In this document: piece by piece, positions 1-12,912 of the stretch
Numbering within the stretch: the first letter of the stretch is position 1
How the letters are laid out: the number at the start of each line of letters is the position of its first letter
Assembly: GCA_001179505.1 (NCBI GenBank)
Contig: CDMY01000691.1
Location: 1 to 30,058 of the forward strand
DNA from: Vitrella brassicaformis CCMP3155
Lineage: Eukaryota; Protista; Chromerida
DNA: 30,058 nt
Direction of reading: 5' to 3'
The notes under the pieces: generated by a model
The model's database searches: none
What the model was told of the DNA's origin: nothing
What the model saw: only the letters and a program-made list of their open reading frames with translations
Made by a program: the position numbers and the translations under genes

Positions 1-50
1 GGCCCCGACACACACACACCTGCGGCCCTTGGTTGTGATCGGACCCACAG

Positions 51-1746
51 GTGCCTCATGTGGTGGAGGTGGTCAAGGAGGTCCCCAAGGCGGTCCCCAT
101 CGACGTAACCGACCCACAGGCACACACAGGGAGGGCATCATGCATGCATGCCTTATCCCCCCTCCCTCCCTGTATGTGTCCATGTGTGCAGATCCACGTG
201 CCGGTCATCAAGTACGTCCCCAAGGTGGAGGTCAAGACCATCGAGCGCGTGCAGGAGGTCCCCGTGCCCCACTACGTCGACGTGCCCGTCGAGGTCGTCA
301 AGGAAGTGCCCAAATACATCGTCAAAGAGGAGGTCAGTCAGCCAGGCAGAGGGAACACGCACTCGGGGCCACTTATTTCCTTGTGTGAGTGGATGTTGTG
401 TGTTCCGCAGGTGCGTCATGTGCCTGTGCCCGGTGAGGTGGTGCCGATCTGGAAAGAGGTCGTCGTCGAGAAGTATGCAGTCACCACACCCCGCATGCAA
501 TAAGACTTCCCTGCCATCACATCTCTGTGTGTGTCTTTCTTTGTGTGTCCTCTCACAGAGAGGTGGTGGTCGACCGAGAGGTGGAGGTCGTCAAGTCAGC
601 ACATCTCATGAGACAAACGGCCACAAGCAGGACACGCAGACATGGGCTGGCCGGTGTCTCGATGTGCAATGTGTTTGTGCAGGTACAAGGACATTGAGAA
701 GCCCTATGAGGTGCCCGTCTACGAATATAAGTACAACAAATACCCCGTGGTCTGTCTGTCAGCACACACACACACACACACACACCCCCCACAACACAGC
801 ACAGGTGCCTCCCATGTGTCTGTGTGTTGATGTGTGTGTGTAGGTGATTCCCCACCGTACGACCACGATGCTGCCTCCCAGTCCCACCCACGTGGTCGTC
901 CCGCCAATCATCAAAGCCACACTCAACATTGACATACCTCCGGGTACACATGCCCGCACCTTCTCACATGGTCGTGTCTCTGTCTCTGTCTGTCCATTGT
1001 GTTGTTGCGATGTGTGTGCCCTGGTGTGTGGTGTCAGGTGTGAGCATCAGCCAGATGCAGTTGGTCGAGCTATTCGCCACGAACGGCATTGACCTCAACC
1101 TGTTCAAATACATCCAGGAGCCCATCCCAGCGGCCTTCCCGGAGCAGCTCAAGGACGCCAAGCCCTGGCCAACAGAAACCTTTGGCCCCCTACCGCCCAC
1201 CACACACATGCGCGACGGCCACACCTGGACCGGCAAACCCGAGCCGGTGGGCGACGTCATCGAGACGAAGCTCGAGGGGCCGCCCGCGGGATGGATACCC
1301 AACCAGGAACAGATCAACATCGTACGCTGCGATGCACATGACATACAGAGAAGAGAGAGACACGGGCGAGAGGGATGATGGACATGTATCTGTGTGTGTG
1401 TATGTGTGGGTTAGATGAACGAGCACAAGTTGACCCCCGAGCAGTGCGGCTACACCGGCCCCCAGCTCGTCGCCACAGCTGTGGTGAGGGGGAGACACAC
1501 TGACACATGTCGTCATATCGCCATTGCCTTGCTCTTATGAGTGTATGTCTCCATGGATGATGTCTTTGTGTACACAGCCAGTTCCCGCCCAGCCGGTCCA
1601 GCGCCCCCCAGGTCAGTCAGCCAAAGCACTGCACTGCCGACACACAACACAACCAACAGGATGTGAGTGTTTGTTGTGCCCTTTCCGATCTACCATCTGT
1701 GTGTGCAGTCCCTGCGCGCGCCTGCTGCACATCCCGATGCCGATAG
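51..1746 (+). CDS. Alveolin / IMC1-like cytoskeletal protein with V/P/E/K-rich repeats; 5' end lies upstream of the window
   Basis: GT-AG exons 51-104, 192-332, 411-472, 559-594, 683-749, 844-943, 1038-1321, 1415-1483, 1578-1611 and 1709-1746 join in frame (885 nt, TAG at 1744-1746). The product has alveolin/articulin-type repeats (VPHVVEVVKEVPK, VPVIKYVPKVEVKTIERVQEVPVPHYVDVPVEVVKEVPK, YKDIEKPYEVPVYEYK) and ends ...VPARACCTSRCR*. Confidence 0.85.
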
Positions 1747-2348
1747 AAGCCGACAGGCAGACAAACGGCTGCATCATATCGTCAATGTAATTGTGGGATG
1801 GCCGCACATGTGGAGAGACTGTCCTTAGTGTGTCGTGTTAGTCAGAAAGCCAGTATATCATAGACAGAGAGGCCGTTCGCGCGTGTCTTTTCTTTCTGGG
1901 TTTTTGGAGGCAGTATAAGGCCGGCCCGGCCAAAGTCAGCCGACACATCACATCAGACAATACCACACAATATCACCCACTCTGCTCTCACTCTCTCTTT
2001 TTGCCTGCTGACCGGAGTCTGCTCTTGGTCTGTCAAGTGAAGTCAGTCGACCACCACACACCACAAGGCATCCACACACACACACATACTGGACTATTGG
2101 GAGGGAAGGGAAGGAGATCAGAGAAAGACATACAGTTTTGCCTCTGAGCCGGTCAGCCGGCTCCGGACAGACTCATTCGATAAATTGTGAGCCGGTCTCT
2201 GTTGTCTGTCTTGGTTTGCGTCTCCGCACGCCGCATTCCATCTGACAAAGACCCATGTATACGACCTGCTTGCCACGCCACACAGGAACGACCCCACACA
2301 GGTCAGCCACGAAGGCATCAATCAATCAATTTCAACGCCAATCAGATC

Positions 2349-5300
2349 TCAATGCTGCGGTGTCTGCATGTTGCTCCGCGCACTCGGCGAGTCCGCCTCT
2401 CCGGCAGACGACCCCTGCACCGACAGCACCGGGGTCGGCCGCTTCTGTCTCTCGTTGCCTCCGCCCTTCGCACCCGATCCATTGGAGGGCGTCTTGGGCT
2501 GCCCGCTCGACGACTGGCCAAGCGCGTGGCTCAGCACATCCACCTCACTCAGCAGCGGCACAGCAGGCCCGCCACTCTGCTGCAGCGACCGCTTGCCCGC
2601 CTCTTTTCGCTTGTTGGTCGTCGCGCTGCCCCTCACCCGAGGGCCCGACGGCGGGATCATAGCGCGGTTCGCCGGCTCAGACGGCCTGGCAGTGAACAGC
2701 GGGCCGAAGCGGCCGGCTTGCTGGCTCTCTGACGACATGAGCTGGTCTCTGCTCTCAGAAGGCATGTCGGCGTCCTGTGAGGCGGCGCTGGCTGGTGGCC
2801 GTCGTGTGGTAGATGGGGCAGTGGCGAAGAGGGGGATGGTGGAGGGCATCGGGGGAGAGGGCGGGCGCCCCGGCTGCTGCTGCAGCTGCTGTAGGGGGAG
2901 TGTTCGGGTGCTGCTGGCCTGGGTGGCGGCGGCGGCCCCCATTTCTCGCGGTTCCCCTCTCTGTCTCGCTCGCTGATAGTAGTATGAAGTCTCGAGCTCG
3001 TACTCGGTCAGCTTCTCCTTTGTGGCAGCCAAATCGGCCTGCATTCGTTCCACGATAGACGTTTGCAGAGGGGGTGCAATCAATCAGCTGCCCATCGACA
3101 CGTTAAACTTTACCGTGAGCAGTTGGTTTTGCTGTTCGAGTTTGTCGATTTTGTCCTTCCAGTGTGAGGCCAGGCTCTCGGGGTCGAAGCCGCCCATTTC
3201 CATCTCGGCCCTGATGAGGTCCAGCTTGCCTATCGCCTGCTGCTTCAAATACGTCTCGCGCTTCAGAGCCTCCTGCAGACGACGCACTGACACACACCGG
3301 GGGGGGNNNNNNNNNNNNNNNNNNNNNNNNNNNNNNNNNNNNNNNNNNNNNNNNNNNNNNNNNNNNNNNNNNNNNNNNNNNNNNNNNNNNNNNNNNNNNN
3401 NNNNNNNNNNNNNNNNNNNNNNNNNNNNNNNNNNNNNNNNNNNNNNNNNNNNNNNNNNNNNNNNNNNNNNNNNNNNNNNNNNNNNNNNNNNNNNNNNNNN
3501 NNNNNNNNNNNNNNNNNNNNNNNNNNNNNNNNNNNNNNNNNNNNNNNNNNNNNNNNNNNNNNNNNNNNNNNNNNNNNNNNNNNNNNNNNNNNNNNNNNNN
3601 NNNNNNGGGGGGGGGGGGGGGGGCATAGGAAGAGACACCTAGTTCGGATGACTGCAAGCGCCCGTGTTGTGTGTGGTGTGTCGGTGGGTCGGTGGGGTCA
3701 CCAACGTACCTTCCTTTGAGTGTTGTGTGTGTATGGAGGTCTGTTGGTCCTGGTGTGCGGCGGTCTGTCTCTCGAGGTGCTCGAGCCGCGTGTCGCGGTC
3801 GCGGATGGTCAGCAGCAACTTCTCCACATCCAAACCACTCGTCCGGGTCTTCTTCTGCAAAGTCGTCTCCAACTCCTCCAGACGCCTTATCCATATCGCA
3901 CACACGACAGACGTGGATGTCTCACCAACAGTGGAGGGATGGATCGATGGATCTTAAGATGGCTTACTTGGTCTTGGACATTTTCCACTTCTGGAGCTTC
4001 TTGGTCTGCTGCTGCGCCATGTTGACCTGCCCCTTGAGCCGGTCAATGGTGAACTCGCAGGAACTCACGTTCTGCGTGGCCTTGATGAGCTCGCCACGCG
4101 CCGTCTGCTCCCGCGCACGCAGTTCGTGCAGCTGCGCCCACAGAGAGCTGTTGTCCGTCAGAGTCAGCCGCAGCTCGCGGACCTCCTTCTCGAATCGCTC
4201 CCGAGTGGTCAGCAGCCGCCAGGCCTGGAAGGTGCGCAGCTTGAGGTTGACGCTGTGCTGCTCGTGCAGCTGCACCGTACCGTCACAACACGCAGGCAGG
4301 CAGGATACACAGGAGTGTGCTTGTGCTTGTGCTGGTGGGGAATCCTTGTGTGGTGTGTGAGTGTACCTGTTGTCTCATTCTGAGGACCTCGGACTCGTCG
4401 TCTTGTGCCAGTCCCTTCATGAGCTTCTCCGCGCCCGTCATCGGCCGGTCACCGCGATCGACCTCTCTGTCCTTTGCTTCGGTCGCCGCGGCCACTGCAG
4501 CAGTGACCGAGGGAGCTTGAGTGACACGCCGCGATGTGTCCGTCACTGATTGATAGACGTGGATGCACAAATGACGGCCCTCCTGTGTGTGTGTCTGTGT
4601 GTTGTGGCTCACCAGCAAAGCTGGCCTTGTGCATGAGCCTGCCGGAAGCGTGCTGCTGTAGCGAGTCCGCCTCGTCCTCAAGTGCCTTCTGCGCCCTGAG
4701 CAGTGAGGCGGGGTGTCCGATATGGTGTCTGTCGGCCAGGTCGGCCAGCTCCTGCAGCGCCCTCTCCTTGAGCTGCCGCAGGGCCACAACCAGCTCGTGG
4801 TGCAGAGTCTCGCGGTACTCCTGGGACGAATCGATCGTGTGCGCTAGGTCGTTGCGAAGGCCCTGCAGCCAGACAGACACACAGACAGACAGACAGACAT
4901 GGAGAGACAGACAGAGACACAGAAATGGGGAGAGTGTGCGTGGGACCTGCAGTTCTTGCTGGACACTCCTGGTGATTTCGTCTTTGAGTTTTCGTTCGGT
5001 GGTGTGGGCGGCGCTTTGTATGTCGACGATCAGCCGGTGGAGGCGGTCGATCTCAAACACCAACTTGTACCCCTTCTCAGCCACCTCGGCATTCACCTGC
5101 AGTGAGTGCACCACACACTAAGTCGAACGAAACACTGCTGCTTGTCGATCGCCTTGCCTGACTCTCCCTCTCCCTCCCTCCCTCCCTACTAAGTACCTGT
5201 GTGGCGAGCTGTGTCTTGAGGTGTTTGGTCTCGTGGCGGAGAGCGCGTGTCTTGTGCTCTTGGTTCATCAGGCTGGGCAGGCAGGCAGACAGGAAGAGAC

Positions 5301-8300
5301 ACACAGATTCGCACAGGTGAGCAACCTGTCGGTGTCTGTCATGTCTGCCCACCTCTGGCTGAGTCCGTCGATGAGCCCCTGGGCCTGGTGCTGCCGGCCG
5401 GCCAGGAAGTTGACAGCCCAGTAGAGCAGCTTCTTGCCCAGGTCCTCCACACACTCGTTCAGGTCACGCTCCAGAAACACATAGCCGCGCTCGCCCGAAT
5501 TGGTCCGCACAAAGGTGCCCCTGCACCCACCGCACCGCACCAGAAAAGACACAAGTCCGTCCGTCCAAGAGAGACACAGACACCTACCCACACACAGCGT
5601 ACCCACAGACCTGCTTCTGAGTCTCTGGATGAAGTTGAGTGTGATCTCGATCTTGGACACAAAGTGTCTGCGGTCGAGGAGTGCGATGGTGTGGTCGAAA
5701 ATCTCGCCCTGCGTCTTGCTGGAGAAGTCCGTCTCGGTGTAGCCCGCCTTGAGCACCTCCTCGGCCATCGGCTGCCGCGCCAGCCCCTCAGACACGTTGA
5801 TGCTGACCAGGGTCGATATGGTGTGCAGCTCGCCCTGGCACGCCGCAACCAGCAGCTCCAGGAAGATCTTGTCCAAACCAACCAGCATCAGGGATATCTG
5901 ACGGAGAAGGAAGGAGACATCGCGTGTGACGCGCGTGGCGGTCTCTCTCGTGGTTTCCCACCCATGCTTTGCTCACCCTACCGCTGCGTATGTGGTGGCC
6001 ATGCTTCGTGTGAGGTCCCGCTTGGCCCGCTCCAGCACCTCCTTTGGCAGCGATGTGTACTGCAGCTCCATGTCCTCCAAATCCATCGGCACCTCGTTCT
6101 CGTTCTCACCCTCCCCACCTTGACGCGCCACCGACGGGCCGGGGGCGGGGGGGAAGTCCTCCTCGGTCGCTGTGGCTGTGGGGGACGCCTCATCAGGCAG
6201 CATGGCGCCTCCCCCAGACCTGCAGCAGAATGGACATGACATCAGAGGTGTGGTGCAGTCTGTCTGGTGGGTGGGTTGGTTACTGACTTTCTGAGTATCG
6301 CCCTGCTGAAGGCGTCGATGTCCTCAGCTGGTGGGCCGAAGAGTGTGTGGAAGAGGGCCTGTGCGGCGCCCCGCTCCTCTCCACTCGCGAGCTGCTGCAT
6401 GTTGATGCTGCTGGGGAGGCGGCGAGTGACGAGGGCCATGAGCATCTCTTTCATGTAGGAGTGCACCAGCCGCGCCCGGATGAGCTCCTCCTCTCCCTGC
6501 ATGGCCTTCTCCACCTCCACCTGAGGCGATATCTCCAACACCTGCATCCAGTCGTCGAGCTCGATCTGCAGCTCCATGTGTGTGGCCGCCACCATCTGAC
6601 GGGACGCCGGGCGGAGGAACAGCAGCATCCCCGGGACATAACTTAAAGGCAAGTGCGGCAGACCCCTCAGCCCCCACTCCTGCAACGGACACTCACGGAC
6701 GCCCTCATGCTGCTGCTGCGGCACATGAGGCGCTCTCTTCTCGCCGTCACTGGGGGTCTCTCCCCCCCCTGTCGCAGCTTGGCTGAGGGGCCTGACCAGA
6801 TCGGGGCGGCACTGTGCTACCACCTCATGGAAGAACGGATGTAGGTAGGGGAAGGGGTGGGGGAGCGGTGCGTGCAGCTCTGAGAAGTACACGGCCATGG
6901 TCCGGTCGGAGCACTCGCCGTACTCGTCATAGTCCACCAGCAGCGGCTGCAGCGAGATGGAGTCGGCCATCAGGCTCACCCCGTGAGACAGCCGGTCAGC
7001 CGACCCCGCCAACGCCTCGTGCAGACCCAGGCCGGGCACACCACCACCACCACTACCGCTGGCTGCCCTCGCCTCCCCCTCTGCATGCTCCTTTGCCGTC
7101 GGGGACGACGGCACGGCCAGAGACAGCCCGTCTGTGAGGAAGGGTGACGCGCCCCAGTCAGGTGGCTTCTCCCTGTTGAGGCGTGATGCCGGCCGGCTGC
7201 CCGACTCCCTCCCTTGAGCAGAGGAGGGCGTCTTGGCGCCGTTCAGCTCAGGGAAGTACTGCAGCGGCGAGAGGCGGATGGTGAGGCCGCCAGCCAGCCG
7301 GGGCTTGCCCAGCAGGAGCTGCTGCCACAGGGCCAGCTCTGCCTTGTCGGATGTGTGGTGGGGCGACGCGGGGGGGAGGAACGAGGCGGCGTGGGTGGGA
7401 GGCTGGTTGAGGCGCTCCGAGAAGGCGTGTAGCAGCAACAGGCAGCGCCACAGCAGCAGCTGGGCCTTGCGGGCCAGGAAGCTGATGGAAAACAATGAAG
7501 AGTTCACTCATGAGTATATGGGGTGGGCACACGGATATGTATACCTACCTTTGTGTGACGTGTGCGGGGTCTTCCTTTGCGCTGATGATCATCTGTATCT
7601 GCTCCAGCTGCCGCTTCAGCGCCTCGAAGTCCCCCTCACACGCCATCAGAGACTCCACGGCGTTCCGCACCTCTATGTCCTCCACCGACTGATCCAAGAC
7701 AGACAGATGAGCGCGACACAAGGAAGGAGACATCACCCACCCACACAAACACACGAGACACGCAACCTCTCGCCCTCTCTCACCTCGAGCAGCGGCACGT
7801 CGACTGCCCTGGGCAGCCGCGTGCCGATGGGCAGCCCCGCTCGCTGGTCGGTGGACGCCCTGCGTGTGGGGCTGCTCCCGCCCCCCGCCGCCCGCAACAG
7901 CTCCTCATCGCTGCTGGATGCCTTGATAGCGGGGATCTCCAGCAGTGAGGGCTTCAGGGATGCCCGGCGCATCAAGAATATCATCGAGACGGGGTCGGAG
8001 TCGAGCAGTGCGAGGGCCATGTGCAGCGCGACGACGGCGTGGAGCCCGTGCAGGGTGTCCCGCATGTATCGCCCCTGCACGTCCTGCACCACCGGCACGC
8101 GCATCTCCAAAATCTCCCGGCAGCGATCGTCCTCCCCACTCCCACTCCCACCACCACCAGGCCCCCCACCCCCGTCGACGGACACGCCCCCCGTGACGAG
8201 CATTGGGTCGACCCGCTTGGGCGGCGCCTCCCCCCTGATGACCTTCATGTGGTGCTTGACGCGCTCGAACTCGTTGGCGGTGCCGAGGGGCACGACTGTG

Positions 8301-11300
8301 ATGGGCGAGAGGATCTTGTCGAGGAAGTAGAGCTGATCGGCCTCGTCCTCGCTGGGTGTGGCGAGGGGCTTGAGTGTGGGCGCCTGTGTGGCCTGGATGG
8401 TGGTGGGGAGGGTCAGAGGCGTGCGGATCGACAAAGTGTCCGGGTCGATGTACGGCTGGAAGCCGTGACGGTGGATGACCGACTCGCCCGACGTCAGCCT
8501 GACGACACGACACGAGGAACGAACGGTGTGCTATGTATGGGTCATATGTTTTCCCCTGTCTGTCGGTGTGCCTGTGTGGCTACGTGAGAGGCGAGATGTC
8601 TTCCGGGATGAGCTCTGCCAGCTCGAGCATGGCCTGTGCCACCCTCCCCCCCTCCAGCCGTAGGGCCACCTCACACGCCCGCCGCAGATGCAGCGCCCCG
8701 CCCAGCGACACCAGCCTGTACCGCAGCTGCCGCACCGACCGCATAAATGCCTCCTCAGTGCTCACAGCCTTGGGCAGCTGCTGGGCCTGCGCAACCAGCA
8801 CACGGCCCCGGTCCTTCCAGTACCCCAGGACGGCACCCCGCAGGCCGTGCAGGTGGTCGGGCACACGCACGAACTGCTTGGCCACTGCACGGCCCTCGTT
8901 CATGAGAAGGGTCTCCTTCTCCTTGGCTTGCTGCTCCAGCAGCGCCGCCCGCTGGGAGGACGTCATGGTGGCGCCGGAGGGGAGGGGGGCGGGGGAGGCC
9001 TGTGTGATGGTGGGGGGGCGTGTGTCGCTCTGTTGCTGGACTTGCTGCTGCTCCCATGGCCGCTTGGGGCGGTGCTGCTGTGTCTGCTGCTGGAACATGG
9101 CAGAGGGGCGCTGTTTCGACTCGCGCGCAGACCAGGAGAGCCGACGGAAGCGCTGCTCAAGGGCAAGCAAAGCCTGGGACAGCGCAAGAGAGAGAGAGAG
9201 AGAGAGAGAGAGAATACCGCTGGCTGCATCTCTCTCTCTGCGTTGATGGGGTGTGGAGAAATTACCTCTCGTCCTCTATTGTCGAGCTTGTTTGACCCGG
9301 TCTCTTCGAACAGGATGGTGGATCGCTCCCGCTGCAGAGGGGTCATGAGCAGCTGGTTCTCGAGCGTCGCCACGGTGAGGAAGGCATGATACGCCACCTG
9401 GTGCTGCAACACCTGCTGCAGCTCCACCACCCTTCAAAGACACACAAACAGACCAAACCAACCAACAAAACAGAAAACCAAAGGCACACAGACAGACAGA
9501 AGTGCCGTGTGTGGTCGTTCTCTCCCCCTCTCGGCCGCCAGCCCACCTGGGTGCGGTGGCGTACAACTGCACATGGCGGTCCGTCCATTGCAGCGCCACC
9601 CCCACCTCCCTGTCCAGCCGGGCGGCCGCGCCGTGCTCAGGGCCCGTGTAGACACCCGGTGCGTCGTCCTCTGCCCCCCCTCCCCCTGCTGCCGTTGAAG
9701 GGTGTGTGTAGATGCCTGTGGCTGGGTCGCCGAGAGGCGGGAGGGTGGCGGGGGGGAAGGAGAAGGGCAGGCTGATGCCGCAGTTATTGGCCTGCTCCGT
9801 GCAGAGGCGCTCTAGGATGGAACACTGGTACGATAGCAACCTGAAGGAACGAATGAATGGATGAATGATCAGACAGACAGACAGACACACACAGAGAGAG
9901 AGAGAGAGAGAGAAGACACAGATGGAGTGAAGAGCCGCCCTCTTTCCCTCTCCCTCTCCCTCTCCCTCTCCCTCCCCTCCCCTCCCTCTCCCTCCCCTTT
10001 CTCTTTCTATCTCTGCTACAGTGGCTGTGTGCTAACGTGATGGCGGCCCTGGTCTTGATCTGATGCACAATATTCGAGAAAATGGTCAGCACGCCCTCCA
10101 CCCTGGGCTTGCGTCTCAAGTCCACCATCTCCTTCTGCATGCTCAGGTCGAACTCCTTCTCCTCCCGCGCCACCTGGCTGTCCTCCCCCTTGCCCTTGCT
10201 GCGCGACGCGGCCACTGAGGACTCGACGGTGATGGGGAACTGGGAGGACGCTGAGGGGGGCCGAGGGTGGTCGGACGAGTGTGTGGAGGTGCCGGCAAGC
10301 TTGTCGAGACGGAGGGCCATCGACTGCCCCGCCAGGAGGAAGTCCACTGACCCCTGTGGGAACTGCTTGAAAGGGTCTGTGGATGTCGCCTGCGCTGCGA
10401 GGGTGGACTGGAGGCTCTCCTGCCATAATGAGTACGCCACCTGCTGCACGCAAAACTCTGTAGGTCAGTGCCCACACAGACACAAGGCGCAGGTGTGGGC
10501 CGACGGTCGTTGCGTGTGTGCGTGTGTGTGTGGCTGATCTGCCTGTGGCTGGCTGGGCGGCCGGCTGACCGATGGCTGTGGTGTGCAGGATGGAGGGCGG
10601 CTTGAGCTCCGCCAACAGCTGTGTCGTCACGCACTCGAGCACCATGTCGCCCCGCCACGCCATGCACAGCGACTCGAAAAACTCAAACACATCCACCTGC
10701 ATACAAACACACAAAAAGCCATTCGAATGCGGTCCTTACTCAGCTACTTACCTTTTCACCGCTCGGCACGATCCGCATCAGCGTGTTCTGCTGCAGCGAC
10801 GCCTCCATCTCCCCCGTCCGAGACATGTGCGAGAAAGGACATGGCGGTGGCAGCCCCTCGGTGGGATGCGCCAGGTTTCCGTGCACGTCGAGATGCACTC
10901 GCAACGGGCCGATGCGACGCTGGTGGCCGCCTGCACACACCCAAAGCATAGCACATGTGGCGGAACGAGCAGTCAGCAATGGTAGAGGGGAGGGAGGAGG
11001 TGAAGAGGACAGGACCTTCGGCGGATTCGCTGTCCCCCGGGCTGCGTGCAGCGCTGGGCGATGAGGAGCCGCTCTCGGCCGACTGGCCGCCGGCTGATGG
11101 GGGGGCACCTGCACTACGGATGCGGGCCGCCAGGGACACCCTACACACACATAAACAGCAGAGAGAGAGAGAGAGAGAGACATGGGAGGATTGCCTGGTG
11201 GCTGGGTGGTTGTCGGTGTGTAACTGACTTGGGTTGAAAGTCTGGTCTGTCTTTGATGTAGCGGTGGAAGACATCCAGCTGCTCTGAGGTCGCCCTGAAC

Positions 11301-12879
11301 ACCGCACGACACATACATTTCTCACACAATTGCCGGCCACAACAGCCTCCCCGTCTCTCCGTCGGCACTCACTCACCGTGCGGCCATCCTCTCCTGTTGG
11401 ATCTGCATGTGCAGCTGCTCCCGCATGAGCTGTGCCCGCCGGTCCATGGCGCTTACGGCCGCCGTGTAGGACAGGGCGAAGTACTCCTCCTTCAAGTCGA
11501 TACGCGGCCTGCCGGAGGCAGATAGAGGCACACCACACACACACAGACAGAGAGACAGAGAGAGAGAGAGAGATCGGCAGCCGTGCCTAAGTCAGTGGAG
11601 ACGAGAAAGAGAGAGAGAGAGAGAATTACCTCTGTGCCATGACGTCAGTGATCCTCTGTGACAGATCGCGACGCTCTGAAGGGGCCGTCAACACACGCAC
11701 ACACACACACACACACCCCATGTGTGGTGCGCCATCTACGCCTCAGCTGTCTGCAGCCCCCAAGCAACTCACTCCCCTACCTTTAGGATCGGTGGTGTGC
11801 TCATATATCTCCCAGTAGGCCTCCACCAGCCGCCCCTTGGCCTCATGGTAAGCCCCCTCACACTCATACGCGTCCAGCAACACGCCGCACCGGTCGATCA
11901 CCGGCGTCGGCAGCGACCCGCCTCCCCCGACCCCTCCTGACGACCGCCCAGACGCCGACACGGACGCACCCCTGCTGGCCCGGCTGGAGGTCGATCCCGC
12001 GCCAAGGGGCTTCTCGAATTTGCGGATGAAGAAGGTGCCGATGGTGAGGATCTCTTCCTGCAGCTGGTCGAGGTCGGCGAGAACGGCGTCGTGGACGACC
12101 AGCACGCCCAGGGGGTCGCGGACGGCGATGTCTGTGTCGCCCCCGCTGCCAGTGCCGCCGAGGGGTTCGTAGCTGTCCCGACCTGAAGGAGATGGACACC
12201 GGGAAGGGGCCGGGGAGGGGAAGGGGGGAGATCGTCTCTCTCTTCGTGTATGTGTGTACGTATTTGTGTGGTGTGCGTCACCTACCCACTCCGGTTTCCT
12301 GCAGGGCGACCTCGCATTTGTGGAAGGGCGCCCGGTGCTGTGAAGGGGTCTTCTGGGCTGAGTCGATCTGGCGGAGCGAAGACAAAGACGCATGTATGTG
12401 TGTGTGGGTGTGGGTGTGTGCGTCTGAGTGGATACCTGCGGCAGGACAGGATTTGACTGGTGTCTGAGGGTGTAGATCAGGTTGCCAATCACCACTTCAT
12501 TCGGCAAGACGCCTTCTGTCTGCAGCAGACACACACACCGTGGTGACACACAGACATCGACACCTCTATGTCTGACTTGGCCCGTTACCCTCTCAGTCTG
12601 CAGTTCCTTGACGCTTTTGGGCTGCGGCGGCCGCGCCCTCGCGTGTGCGCGCTGCACCGCCGCCCAGTCGAGCTTCTCCTGCTGCGTCACACGGTCGCGA
12701 CGGGGGTCTGCTTGGATACCATATGCACACACCACACCACTAATTGCACACCACACCACATGTGTGTGCACAGATGGGCGCTCTCGACCTAGTGGAATGT
12801 CTCTCAGCAGGTGCTGGTGCGCATCCAGGGCCAGCTGCCGCTGAATAGAACTGAGAGGGGAAGGACCATTGTGTTCTGC

Positions 12880-12912
<33 letters not shown>

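Noticed and set aside
3639-3651. Apparent 13-nt micro-exon (CAG|TCATCCGAACTAG|GT) beside the N gap
   Set aside because: Including it breaks the reading frame at the visible acceptors, whereas direct splicing 3710->3286 is in frame. It cannot be fully excluded because of the gap.
5247-8330. Long + strand ORFs (5247-6239, 7233-8330 and others) over the giant gene
   Set aside because: These are antisense or shadow ORFs running through intronic microsatellites (THTH, VCVC). The minus frame splices coherently.
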